Below, in pieces: positions 44,687 to 56,800 of a stretch of 64,000 bases of DNA. The stretch's first letter is position 1. Each line of letters begins with the position of its first letter. Below the pieces are notes generated by a model that saw nothing but the letters and a program-made list of their open reading frames with translations, searched no databases and had not been told where the DNA came from. The position numbers and the translations under genes are program-made. The stretch is taken from positions 11,966,001 through 12,030,000 of the forward strand of contig JBHGNT010000012.1 of NCBI GenBank assembly GCA_043228905.1, in the 5' to 3' direction. Source of the stretch: Azolla caroliniana (Eukaryota > Plantae > Polypodiophyta).

Positions 44687-46679
44687 GACGTTATCGGCCG
44701 AAGCATACATGTCCTACAATCGAACCTTTATCTTTTGATTTACAACATGACTTCTAGACGATAAGGAAACACACGAAGAAATTATAAGTAAGGAATAAGT
44801 TTTAGATGTCCTTAACCGTTTAGTTAAACTAGAAAAATGGGCGAAAGAGATTGAAGCTGAAAAACAGAATGATAAGGAAGAAAAAGAAGTGCTTATTGCT
44901 GAAATAACGAAACTTAAAGTAGACAACATGAACCTTCAGAAACAAGTTAAGGACCTTGAGACATCTAGGGAAGATGGTGAAATATCTTCCCTGGAGGATA
45001 TTAAGGATGAGATAAAAAAATGTTAAGGAAGAGGTTAAAAGCGATATGGGATTAGCAAAAACTGGGTGGGTTTATGTAGTAAAACGTAATATTAAAAAGG
45101 AACTAAAGGATAAAAATATTGTAAACACTACCCTTGAGGAGGAAAAAATGCGTCAAGCTCGACGCCTAAATGTACGAGTTACTGGGCTCAAGGAAGGGGC
45201 ATCTCCTGACGAAGATGCACAAACATTACGGAAAATGTTGGGGTACGAAGCCCTACCAATCACTAAAACTTGGAGGTTAGGACGTGACACCACTAGGGAA
45301 AGAGCTTTGGTTCTTCAGTTTAAGGACTCAGAATCTAGAATCGCATTTTTTTAAAAGAGACCAATTCTTCGAGGATTGGGCGGGGACCCTATCTACCTCA
45401 ATGAAGACTTGACCAATATGCAAATTGAGCATCGTAAAACTTGTATGCCGCGAGTCATACAAGCTCATAAAGAGGGGCATCATGCTTTTTACCGAGACGA
45501 ACGTGTGATAATAAATGATCGTGCTGCCAATTGACGGCGTGTGGTCCATGTGATAGACAATAAACTTAGGACGACTTTATGGAACTGTAACGGTGCACTT
45601 TGGACACACCCTGGCCATCTAGAGGAGATTTTGAAGGTATCTAACATGCTTTTTTTTAGTAGAAACACATCAGAGCCCAAATCGAGGACTGCCACAAGTT
45701 GACGGTTTTCGTTGGGAATCTATCTTTAGACAAACCTCACGTCGACATACTACTAGAGGGTCTGGAGGGGTTGCGATACTATTTCGGAGAGAGACACATA
45801 ATAGGATAGAAATATTAAAGAAAGACCTAGAAATCCGTTTTATGTGGGTGAAAGTCCTCACTAGCAAGGACTAGGCGATATTTATCGCCGTGTGTTACTT
45901 CCCCCCGAAAGGATCCCAGTATAATATGGCTAGAGAGGCGAGTATAGTTGATGAAGGAACGCCGCATGGGCCTTCTCCATACGAACCTTTATCGGATGAC
46001 ATAATCCGATATTCTTCTCAAGGGGAAGTCTTCCTCGTAGGAGATTTCAATGCAAGATCCCAATCCCAATAATGCACAATATTCCAGATGGATAGAAACC
46101 TCGAAATGGTGAATGTCGACCCTTTAGACTTAGACATAACGTGTACATCAAAGGATCAAGGTGCGGACACCACAAGCTTTGGCCATCATCTGCTTGAACT
46201 TGGAAGCCGACACCAGATGATCATATTTAATGGCTTAGCCAAGTGGCCGGGCTTGGAAGCACTCACATGTTTCCCACATGGAGGAGGGGAAAGCACAGTT
46301 GATTACCTAATAGGACGCCCTTAAGCTACCCACATGGTTAACTCCTTTCGGGTGGCCCCATGCCCCATTGGTGCAGACCATGGCTTCCTATACTTTGAGC
46401 TAAAATGTGACACTTCCCACGCCACCAACTCTAGTCAACCAAACCATCACACCATAATACATTTTACGCATGAGCTCGCTGACATCTACTCTCGACATGT
46501 TCAAGCCCATCTCTCCTCTTTTGATTCTTCCTTGCCTTTAGAGAACCTCACTACAGAACTCACACACACCCTTCACTCGGCAGCAATTACTAGCGCTTCC
46601 CATACACGAAACACTCCAATCATAGTAGAATAGGTCTATGCCATAGAACAAGTGGTATGATGAGGATTGTAGAGAGTTG

Positions 46680-46969
46680 TGTTGAGAATCAAGCTCAACT
46701 TGGTCTAGTGTGTGAACTCACCTTGAGAGTGAAGAGACACCTCAACGGTCAAGAGTCACCATTATGTCACCACTTTGTATTCTAACATTTAGTATGAGTC
46801 ATAGAATCATATTCTATGACACATAACTTATGAGCTTTCACATTCCCCATGCTCCATGAGCCTTGTAGTTAATGAAGAGAGAGGGTGACTACATAAAGCA
46901 CCCTCCTCCCACCTTGTATAATGTGGAGTCTTTCTCCTTTGTCAATATACCTTTACCTTGTGTATTCCT

Positions 46970-47008
<39 letters not shown>

Positions 47009-50000
47009 CACACACATAACTCATATCACTTCCGCTTCACAAGAATCAATCTCTTGATTCTTTACATGGTATCAGAGCGATTTGGTAGCTCGATCTAAGC
47101 CCATTCGCTTCATCGTGATCGTGTGTTGTGCTCTACGCCGACGACCAAGAACCAGCTCATCGCTATCGTAGCTTCGCTACATAGCTCGCATTCGAAGAGA
47201 GAAGAAGAAGAAGAAGAAGAATCGACATAATGAATACTCAAATGGGGAGCGCTCTCCCTACCGAGAAGTTGGATCGAAACAACTTCCCATCTTGGGAGTA
47301 CAAGATGCACCAATACCTTGTCGAACAAGGCTATTGGAGCTACATCAAAGGAGTGCATGAAGACCAACCCGCCGAAGCGGCTCCCGGATACACAACATGG
47401 GAGCAAGCCGCAAGCCGCGTGATGTATTGTTTGGCGACATGTGTTCACGACCACATGCTCGGTTACATTTGAGAAGCCAAGACGCCGAAGGAAGCGTGGG
47501 AAAATCTACGAAATTTTTTTGCCGCCAAGAGTTGAACATTCAACAAAGGGACGTGTCCATCACGACATACACCTTGAAGATCAAGGAGCTCTGCGACTCG
47601 CTCAGCTCAATAAGCGTAAGTATAGATGATGATGAGATGGTGCAAATATGCCTCGGTGGCCTCGCACCACGGTTCGGCGCGATGCGAACCGCCATTCTAG
47701 CACGGGAGAAATCTCCCTCCTTCTTCGAGCTCCAATCAATGCTATTGGTCGAAGAAAACCACGTGCGTACAAGGAGCAATGAGGCGGAAGGCCACATGCT
47801 CTACACGCACTCTAATGGAGGAAGAGGACGCGGACGAGCGAGAGGCTGATTCGGCCAAGGACAAGGCGGACGAGGTCCGACCTACGACAACAACTCCCAA
47901 TTTCGGCCGCAAAACGGAGGCCAACGAGGAACCTTCGCAAGAAGGGGGAGCTTCCACTCCGGCCCGAGCCGTCAAAACGCAACCGAATGCGGATATTGCG
48001 GAAAGCTCGGTCACCACGAAGAAGAGCGCCGAAAGAAGATGCATGAATCGACTTCCACAAGCCGACAACTCACGAATTACGCGCACAATTCCGACTACGA
48101 AGAGTATAGCGGAATGTACGGGCACAACTCCGACTACGAGGATCGTGGGGGAATGTACACATACAACTCCGACCGTGGCGGAATGTTCATGATGAAACAT
48201 AGAGCAAAGTCTATGTCGGCCTCTACCTCAACTAGTGCCCTCAATCCAGAGGACGTATGGTTTGTTGACTCCGGAGCCTCAAACCATATGACATCCCACA
48301 AAGAATGGTTATGTCGAAACCGGAGATGACACTACGCACCCGATTCGGCACATCGGCAACGTTCCGTTCGGCGAAAAAGGTAAGCAAACATACATTAAAA
48401 ATGTCTTGCATGTACCCACCATCACAGAGAATTTGGTCTCGGTCGGCCAAATGGTTGAGCAAGGGATGCAAGTACGATTCAACCAAGAAGGGTGGTTCAT
48501 CGAAAAAGAAGGCCAAATCATCGCACGTGGAAGAAGAGAGGGCCGGATGTTCATTCTCGATTCGCACGAGATGAAATCCGCCATGTTCGCGAAAAGCACA
48601 AAAGCCGACTCTAACATAGAGCTATGGCATAAGTGAATCGGCCACATCAATCTCAACAAACTCAAAGCAATGAAATCGAAAGGAGTCATCATCGGACTCC
48701 CGACATTCAAAGAGAAGGAGATTGAAGGTGTATGCGAAGCGTGCCAATTCGGCAAGCAACACCGACACCCATTTCCGAAGGAGCGGAATGTGAGCAAAGG
48801 CGTACTCGACGTAATTCATTCCGATGTATGGGGTTCGGCTCAAACGGCGACATTCGGCGGATGCCGCTATTACGTGCTCTTCATCGACGACTTTTCTAGG
48901 CACACTTGGATCTACCCGATGCGGCAAAAGAGCGAAGTGTTTGGACACTTCCAAAATTTCAAGAATGAAGTCGAGAAAGCCACGGGCCGACATGTACGAT
49001 GCCTTCGATCGGATGGCAGCAAGGAGTACTTCTCGGACGATTTCACGGCATATCTCCGAAAGGAAGGAATTCGGAGAGAATTCACTTGCTGACACACTCC
49101 GCAACAAAACGGAGTAGTCGAGCGCAAAAATCGGCACATCCTCGAAGTAGCGCGGGCCATGATGAACGAGAAGCATATGCCCAAGTCATATTGGGCTGAA
49201 GCGGCAAATACGGCCGTCTACCTAATGAACCGGTGCACAACATCCAGCATGCACGAGGTCACTCCGCATGAAAGATTCTTCGGAAAGAAGCCGAACCTAT
49301 CACATGTTCGGATATTCGGCTCCATTGCGTACGTGCACATCCCCGACGAGAAGCGTCAAAAGCTCGACCCGAAGTCGGAGAAATGTATCCTCATAGGATA
49401 CTCACTGGAGCAAAAGGGGTACAAGTGCTACAACCCCTCAACTTGACAATCTCGAGTAAGTCGAGACGTCGTCTTTGACGAGTCTGCATCTTGGTACACA
49501 CCAGAGACAACTTCAACTCCGACCCCGCTCGACCCGGAATCCACCTAACAAGAGATAGAGGATGAAGATCACCTTACGCGCATGTTCGAAGAAAGTCCGA
49601 TCACGACCAGACTGAGCGGACCACAAGAGCCTTTGAGCGATCAAAGCACATCACGGCCTAGCCCGAAGATGGACAAAGGCAAGGCAAAAATGGCGGAATA
49701 CGAAGACGATCGCTTCATCGACGATGAGTCAACTCACTCACTCAACAGTGAGTTCAGCGGTTTCGAGGTACCAATTGGAGCTAAGAAAGCCCTCATCTTT
49801 GCAAATGAAAAGCTCCGCCGATCCACTCGTGAAAAGAACCCCGTAAGTCGATTCGGCTACAACGATTACATGGCGTACCATTACGCCTTTATGATGAAGG
49901 TAGTGACAGTACGGGAGCCGGAAACCTTTTCGGAAGCCGCGAAGGACGCGCGATGGATCGAAGCAATGAACGAGGAGATGCAGGCACTACGGAAGAACGA

Positions 50001-53000
50001 GACATGGGATCTCGTTCCCACCTCACCATACAAAAAGGCGATCGGATGCAGATGGATCTACAAGGTGAAGTATAACGCCGATGGTTCCGTCAACCGCTAC
50101 AAAGCTCGACTCATAGCGAAAGGATACGCTCAGACACATGGCGTCGACTACGAAGAAACCTTTGCCCCAGTGGCAAAGATGACGACGGTGCGAACCGTGA
50201 TTGCGATTGCCGCGGCGAAAGGGTGGCACCTCCATCAAATGGACGTCAAGAACACCTTTCTACAAGGCGAATTAGAAGAGGAGGTGTACATGCTACAACC
50301 ACCCGGCTTCAACTCGAGCACCCATCCGAAAGCTGTATGCCGACTCAAGAAGCCACTCTACGGCCTCAAGCAAGCACCGCGTGCTTGGCATTCGAAGATA
50401 ACGCAATATCTTCATCAAATCGGCTTCCGTATGTCAAAATCGGACAACTCCCTCTACATACGAAGCGATTCCGCAAGTCCGATCGTCATCATTTTATATG
50501 TGGATGACCTAGTCATTGGAGGTGAGCATCTCGTCGAAATCAATAAGGTCAAATCCCTCCTTTCCGACAAGTTCGATATGACGGACATGAAGGAACTCCA
50601 CTACTTCCTCGGCATCGAGGTAATTCGGACTCCGGCCGGAATCATGATCTCTCAACGGCACTACATCCTCAACTTGTTATACAAGTTCGGGATGGCTGAA
50701 TGCAAATCTGTGGCAACCCCGCTCGATCGTAATCTCAAACTGGATGCGAACTCCGGCACCAAAGCGTGTGAGCCGACTCAGTATCGGCAACTCATCGGGA
50801 GTCTCGTCTACCTCACGATCACTCGACCCGATCTTAGTTATCCAGTCGGTCTCCTTAGCCAATTCATGCAAACACCGCGTGATACTCACTTGGATTGCGC
50901 TAAGCGAGTTCTACAATATGTGAGCGGCACAATGGATTGCGGCATCCTCTACAAGACCGCGATGCCAATATGACTCGAGGGGTACACAGACGCCGATTGG
51001 GCCGGCTACAAAGCCAATAGAAGATCAACCTCCAGATTTGTTTTCTCCCTTGGCAGTGGAGCAATATCCTGGAGTAGCAAGAAGCAGCCTATTATCGCTC
51101 TTTCGAGTACAGAGGCGGAATACAGGGGCGCAGCCGTAGCTGCGTGTGAAGCCGTATGGCTCAAGAGGATTTTGAAGGATCTGGGCGTACCCATCAAGGA
51201 TCCGACTTCCCTTTACTGCGACAACATGAGCAATATCTATCTGGCTCGGAACCCGGTGTTCCACGCGAGGACAAAGCACATCGAAGTGCACTATCACTTC
51301 ATCTGAGAGCGCGTTCTGGCTGGCGATGTCGACCTACAACACATAAGCACCAATCTTCAAACGGCCGACATCTTCACTAAAGCCTTAGGAGCCGACAAGC
51401 TATGGCAATTCATGACCGATCTCGGATTGACTATCCCTGATCTGCCAAGCTTGAGGGGGAGTACTGAAGACACTACGCAATAACGCGTAGATTTTGCAAC
51501 CACACACCGTAGCAGCAAAGAGCCGATCTACCGCTGTCGTGAAGATCCGTCACTACGCGCGGATCGTGAGGCGGAACCGCCGGGGTTCTGGACAAGAAGG
51601 ATTTAGAGTCGATACAAGCTTTGGCGAGAAAGTACTTAAGATAGATTGGGAAAGAGAGAAGATGAGATTACACGATTGATTTGATAACGAAATTCTTCTT
51701 CTTAATTTTCATAAAAAAAAACCGTGTTTTTCTCCTCCCCCTTCCCTCTTTTATAGATGCTCTCATGCATATGATGCATGTGAGGGTACAAGACATGCAT
51801 AAATTGCATGTTTGCCATTTGGCGCTTAAGTATTACATGTGGTGCATGCTAACCATGTCACTCATTTTAGCACTCATGGATGAGAATTTACATGTAAAAG
51901 TACAATGATAGAAATATAATTTTAACTAAATACTATGGCTTAATGGTAAGCCATTTGACTCCTAACTTGGAGGTGCAAGGTTTGAATCCATACTTGCCCT
52001 CCTTGTATATGTAAATATGTATATATTTTTATATATTTATTTTATCTAGTCGCCGGTTCGCCGGATACCGTCGCCGGATGCCGCCGTCGTATACCGGTGC
52101 CGCTGCCGGATGCCGTCGCCGGATACCGGTGCCGCATGCCGCCGTCGGATGCCGTCGGATCACTGGCTCCATCGCTGGTCCGGTTTTGGTTGGCCAAAAT
52201 GCTTTTCGAGTAGCTAGCCACCTCCACTCTAAGTTCAAGTTACCTTGAACTCTCTATGCTCCACACATAGACACAAAGATAGTATCTTTTGCTCCACCTT
52301 ATATATGATGAGAGCCGTTTTTGTCGTGCCTATGTGGGATATCTCACAATTTTCTCTTTTCTTTTCACAAACTTTATACCCTCATATCTTGACATTTAGT
52401 TGTCCATTTCTCGTGTAATAAAGTGCATTCGAAACCTCCATCATTTGTACTTAAATATTGAAAATGTTATCTTCACAATTATTGTATTATGTGATTCATA
52501 CTCGATTTTGTACGTTTTATGGGATTTTCACACTATTGCCGAAAATCTTCACGACACCGCGCAAAGCCGCGAAGAAAGACGCAAGCCGAAGCACAGACTT
52601 CGCAACTACGCACACAAGCCGAAGCACAGACTTCGTAACTACACACAACGCAAGCTAGAGCACGGATTCCGCAACTCCGCATAAAGCGAGTCGACGCGGA
52701 CTCCCGAACGTGAATTGAAGCGGATTTCGGATACCGTCTGAAACCGACCCGACTTGAGCTTGAGGGGGCGTGTTGAGAATCAAGCTCAACTTGGTCTAGT
52801 GTGTGAACTCACCTTGAGAGTGAAGAGACACCTCAACGGTCAAGAGTCACCATTATGTCACCACTTTGTATTCTAGCATTTAGTATGAGTCATAGACTCA
52901 TATTCTATGACACATAACTTATGAGCTTTCACATTCCCCATGCTCCATGAGCCTTGTAGTTAATGAAGAGAGAGGGTGACTACATAAAGCACCCTCCTCC

Positions 53001-53153
53001 CACCTTGTATAATGTGGAGTCTTTCTCCTTTGTCAATATACCTTTACCTTGCGTATTCCTTGTCTCTCTCACTCACTCTCTCTCTCTCTCATATACACAC
53101 ACATAACTCATATCACTTCTGCTTCACAAGAATCAATCTCTTGATTCTTTACA
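46680..53153 (+). mobile_element. Full-length but inactivated Ty1/copia element A (LTRs 46680-47066 and 52771-53153; PBS 47067; gag-pol 47230-~51480)
   Basis: TG...CA LTRs, TSD AGTTG (46675-46679 and 53154-53158), PBS TGGTATCAGAGC, PPT tgagggggcg. Domain order gag, zinc knuckle, protease (WFVDSGAS), integrase, RT (YVDD), RNase H. About six substitutions between the LTRs by eye. Confidence 0.97.
51535..52556. mobile_element. 1022-bp non-coding insertion with perfect 12-bp TIRs (TGTCGTGAAGAT) and 4-bp TSD CCGC: solo LTR or Ginger-like element
   Basis: tgtcgtgaagat at 51535-51546 and atcttcacgaca at 52545-52556. ccgc at 51531-51534 and 52557-52560. The sister copia B shows the empty site (gatctaccgtgcaaagccg, reverse complement ~54365-54383). 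Confidence 0.88.
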
Positions 53154-53809
53154 AGTTGTATAGACAACTTAAAGTGTCGTGACTTAGTGGTACTATTTCC
53201 TCAGTACAAGCTCGAAAAGAGATGCGCAAGATGACACGTCGTAAAAGACGAGCTTGGGAACTCTACCATATGCTCATGAGTAGGGATTGCGCCCTTGCAT
53301 GGAAGAGACTATGGGAACCGCGACCACAAACACCCATCGAGGATCCCAAGATTTGGCACACATATATCAAGAGACTCTAACATGTCCCGAACCAACCACC
53401 CATCCCAATGCTTTCCACACCCCGACCTAACATGGGGACACTTTTCACAACATCTAGGGTCACGAAGGTCATAAAAAATTTACAACATAGGAAATCCATG
53501 GACCACACAGGATTGTGAGCTGAGCACATCATATATGCTCGAGAGTGCCTAACCCCCTTTCTCACTCTAATCTTCAACCGTGCCCTCGCCGAGGGTTTTC
53601 CACCACAATGGACCATGAACACAGTGGCCCCTATACATAAACGAGGGAACCCAATGGACCCAAATACATATAGGACCATTATGATAGGCCATACGCTCGC
53701 TAAACTATATGGTGTGGTAATGGAAGCAAAGCTTAGCGATTATATGGAAACATTAAGTCTTCGAGCACCTAAGCAGGCTGGCTTTAGACGAGCCTTTTCC
53801 ACTATTGAC

Positions 53810-56800
53810 TGTAAATAATCGGGTAGGATTCTTGTGTAGTGGAATAGGTGTGAACTGTGTGTGTATGAGAGATAGAGAGAGAGAGATAGACAAGGAGTAA
53901 GACACAGAGTATACGCAAGTTAGATTATATTAACAAGGGAGAAAGACTCAACATCATACAAGGTGGGAGGAGGGTGCTTGATATAGTCACCCTCTCTCTT
54001 CATTAACTACAAGACTCATGGAGCATGGGGAATGTGAAAGCTCGTAAGTTATGTGTCATAGAAAACGATTCTATGACTCATACTAAATGCTAGAATACAA
54101 AGAGGTGACATAATGGTGACTCTTGACCGTTGGAGTGTCTATTCACTCTCAAGGTGAGTTCACACACTAGACCAAGTTGAGCTTGATTCTCAACACGCCC
54201 CCTCAAGCTCAAGTCGGGTCGGTTTCAGACAGTATCCGAAATCCGCTTTGACTCGCGTTCCGGAGTCTGCGTCGACTCGCATTTATGCGGAGTTGCGGAA
54301 TCCGTGCTCCAGCTTGCGTTGTGTGTAGTTGCGAAGTTTGTGCTTCGGCTTGCATCTTTCTTCACGGCTTTGCACGGTAGATCGCCTCTTCGCGGCTTCA
54401 TTGCGTGGTTGCGTAATCTAAGCGTTCTTGCATAGTGTGCGCGGCTTGCGGAATCTACGCGTTATTGCGTAATGTCTTCAGTACTCCCCCTCAAGCTTGG
54501 CTAGTCAGGGATCGTCAATCCGGGATCGGTCATGAATTGCCATAGTTTGTCGGCTCCTAAGGCTTTAGTGAAGATGTCGGCCGTTTGAAGATTTGTGTTT
54601 ATGTGTTGTAGGTCGACATCTCCAGCTAGAACGCGTTCTCGGATGAAGTGATAGTGCACTTCGATGTGCTTTGTCCGTGCGTGGAACACCGGGTTCCGAG
54701 CCAGATAAATATTGCTCATGTTGTCGTAATAAAGGGAAGTCGGATCCTTCAAAATCCTCTTGATCCATACGGCTTCACACGCAGCTACGGCTGCGCCCCT
54801 GTATTCCGCCTCTGTACTCGAAAGAGCGACAATAGGCTGCTTCTTGCTACTCCAGGACATTGCTCCGTTGCCGAGGGAGAAAACAAATCCGGAGGTTGAT
54901 CTTCTATCGGCTTTGTAGCCGGCCCAATCGGCGTCTGTGTACCCCTCGAGGCGTATTGGCATCGCGGTCTTGTAGAGGATGCCGCAATCCATTGTGCCGC
55001 TCACGTACCGTAGAACTCGCTTAGTGCAATCCAAGTGAGTATCACGCGGTGTTTGCATGAATTGACTAAGGAGACCGACTGGATAACTGAGATCGGGTCG
55101 AGTCATCGTGAGGTAGATGAGACTCCCGATGAGTTGCCGATACTAAGTCAACTCACATGCTTTGGTGCCGGAGTTCACATCTAGTTTGAGATTACGATCA
55201 AGCGGGGTTGCCACGGATTTGCACTTAGCCATACCGAACTTGTATAATAAGTTGAGGATGTAGTGCCGTTGAGAAATCATGATTCCGGCCGGAGTCCGAA
55301 TTGCCTCTATGCCGAGGAAGTAGTGGAGTTCCTTCATGTCCGTCATCTCGAACTTGTCGGAGCGCAATTACGGTTCGTACCGTCGTCCTCTTTGCCACCG
55401 GGGCAAAGGTCTCTTCGTAGTCAACTCCGTGCGTTTGTGCGTAGCCTTTCGCTACGAGTCGCGCTTTGTAGCAGTTGATGGAACCGTCGGCGTTGTACTT
55501 CACTTTGTAAATTCATCTGCATCCGATCGCCTTTTTGTGTGGTGAGGTGGGAACGAGATCCCACGTCTCGTTCATCCATAGTGCCTGCATCTTTGTGTTC
55601 ATTGCTTCGATCCATCGCGGGTCCTTCGCGGCTTCAAAAAAGGTTTCCGGCTCCCATACTGTCACTACCTTTATCATAAAGGCGTAATGGTACGCCATAT
55701 AATCGTTGTAGCCGAATCGGCTTATAGGGTTCTTTTCACGGGTGGATCGGCGGAGCTTTTCATTTGTAGAGATGGGGGCTTTCTTAGCTCCGATTGGTAC
55801 CTCGAAGCCGTCGAACTCACTGTCGAGTGAGTGAGTCGACTCATCGTCGGCGAAGCAATCGTCTTTGTATTCCGACATTTTCGCCTTGCCTTTGTCCATC
55901 TTCGGGCTAAGCTGTGATGTGCTTTGATCGCTCAAAGGCTCTTGTGGTCCGCTCAGTCGGGTCGTGATCAAACTTTCTTCGAACATGCGCGTAAGGCGAT
56001 CTTCATCCTCTATCTCTTGTTTGGCGGATTCCGAGTCGAGCGGAGTCGGAGTCGGAGTTGTCTCTGGTGCGTACCAGAATGCGGACTCGTAAAAAATGAT
56101 GTCTCGACTTACTTGAGATTTTCAAGTTGAGGGGTTGTAGCACTTGTACCCCTTTTGCTCCAGTAAGTATCCTATGAGGATACATTTCTCCAACTTTGGG
56201 TCAAGCTTTTGACACTTCTCGTCGGGGATGTGCACGTACGCTATCGCGCCGAATATACAGGTGTGCGATAAGTCCGACTTCTTTTGCGAAGTATTTTTCG
56301 TGCGGAGTGACCTCGTGCATGCCGGATGTTGTGCATCGGTTCATTAGGTAGACGGCCGTATTTGCAGCTTCGGCCCAATATGACTTGGGCATATGCTTCT
56401 TGTTCATCATGGCCCATGCTACTTCGAGGATGTGCCGATTTTTGCGCTCGACTACTCTGTTTTGTTGCGGAGTGTGTCGGCAAGTGAATTCTCGCCGAAT
56501 TCCTTCCTTTCGGAGATACGCCGTGAAATCGTCTGAGAAGTACTCCTTGCCGCCATCCGATCGAAGACAACGTACATGTCGGCCTGTGGCTTTCTCGACT
56601 TCATTCTTGAATTTTTGGAAGTGTCCGAACACTTCGCTCTTTTGCAGCATCGGGTAGATCCAAGTGTGCTTGGAGAAGTCGTCGATGAAGATCACGTAAT
56701 ATCGGCATTCGCCGAATGTAACCGTTTGCGTCGGTCCCCATACATCGGAATGGACTATGTCGAGTAGACCTTTGCTCACGTTCCGCTCTTTCAGGAATGG

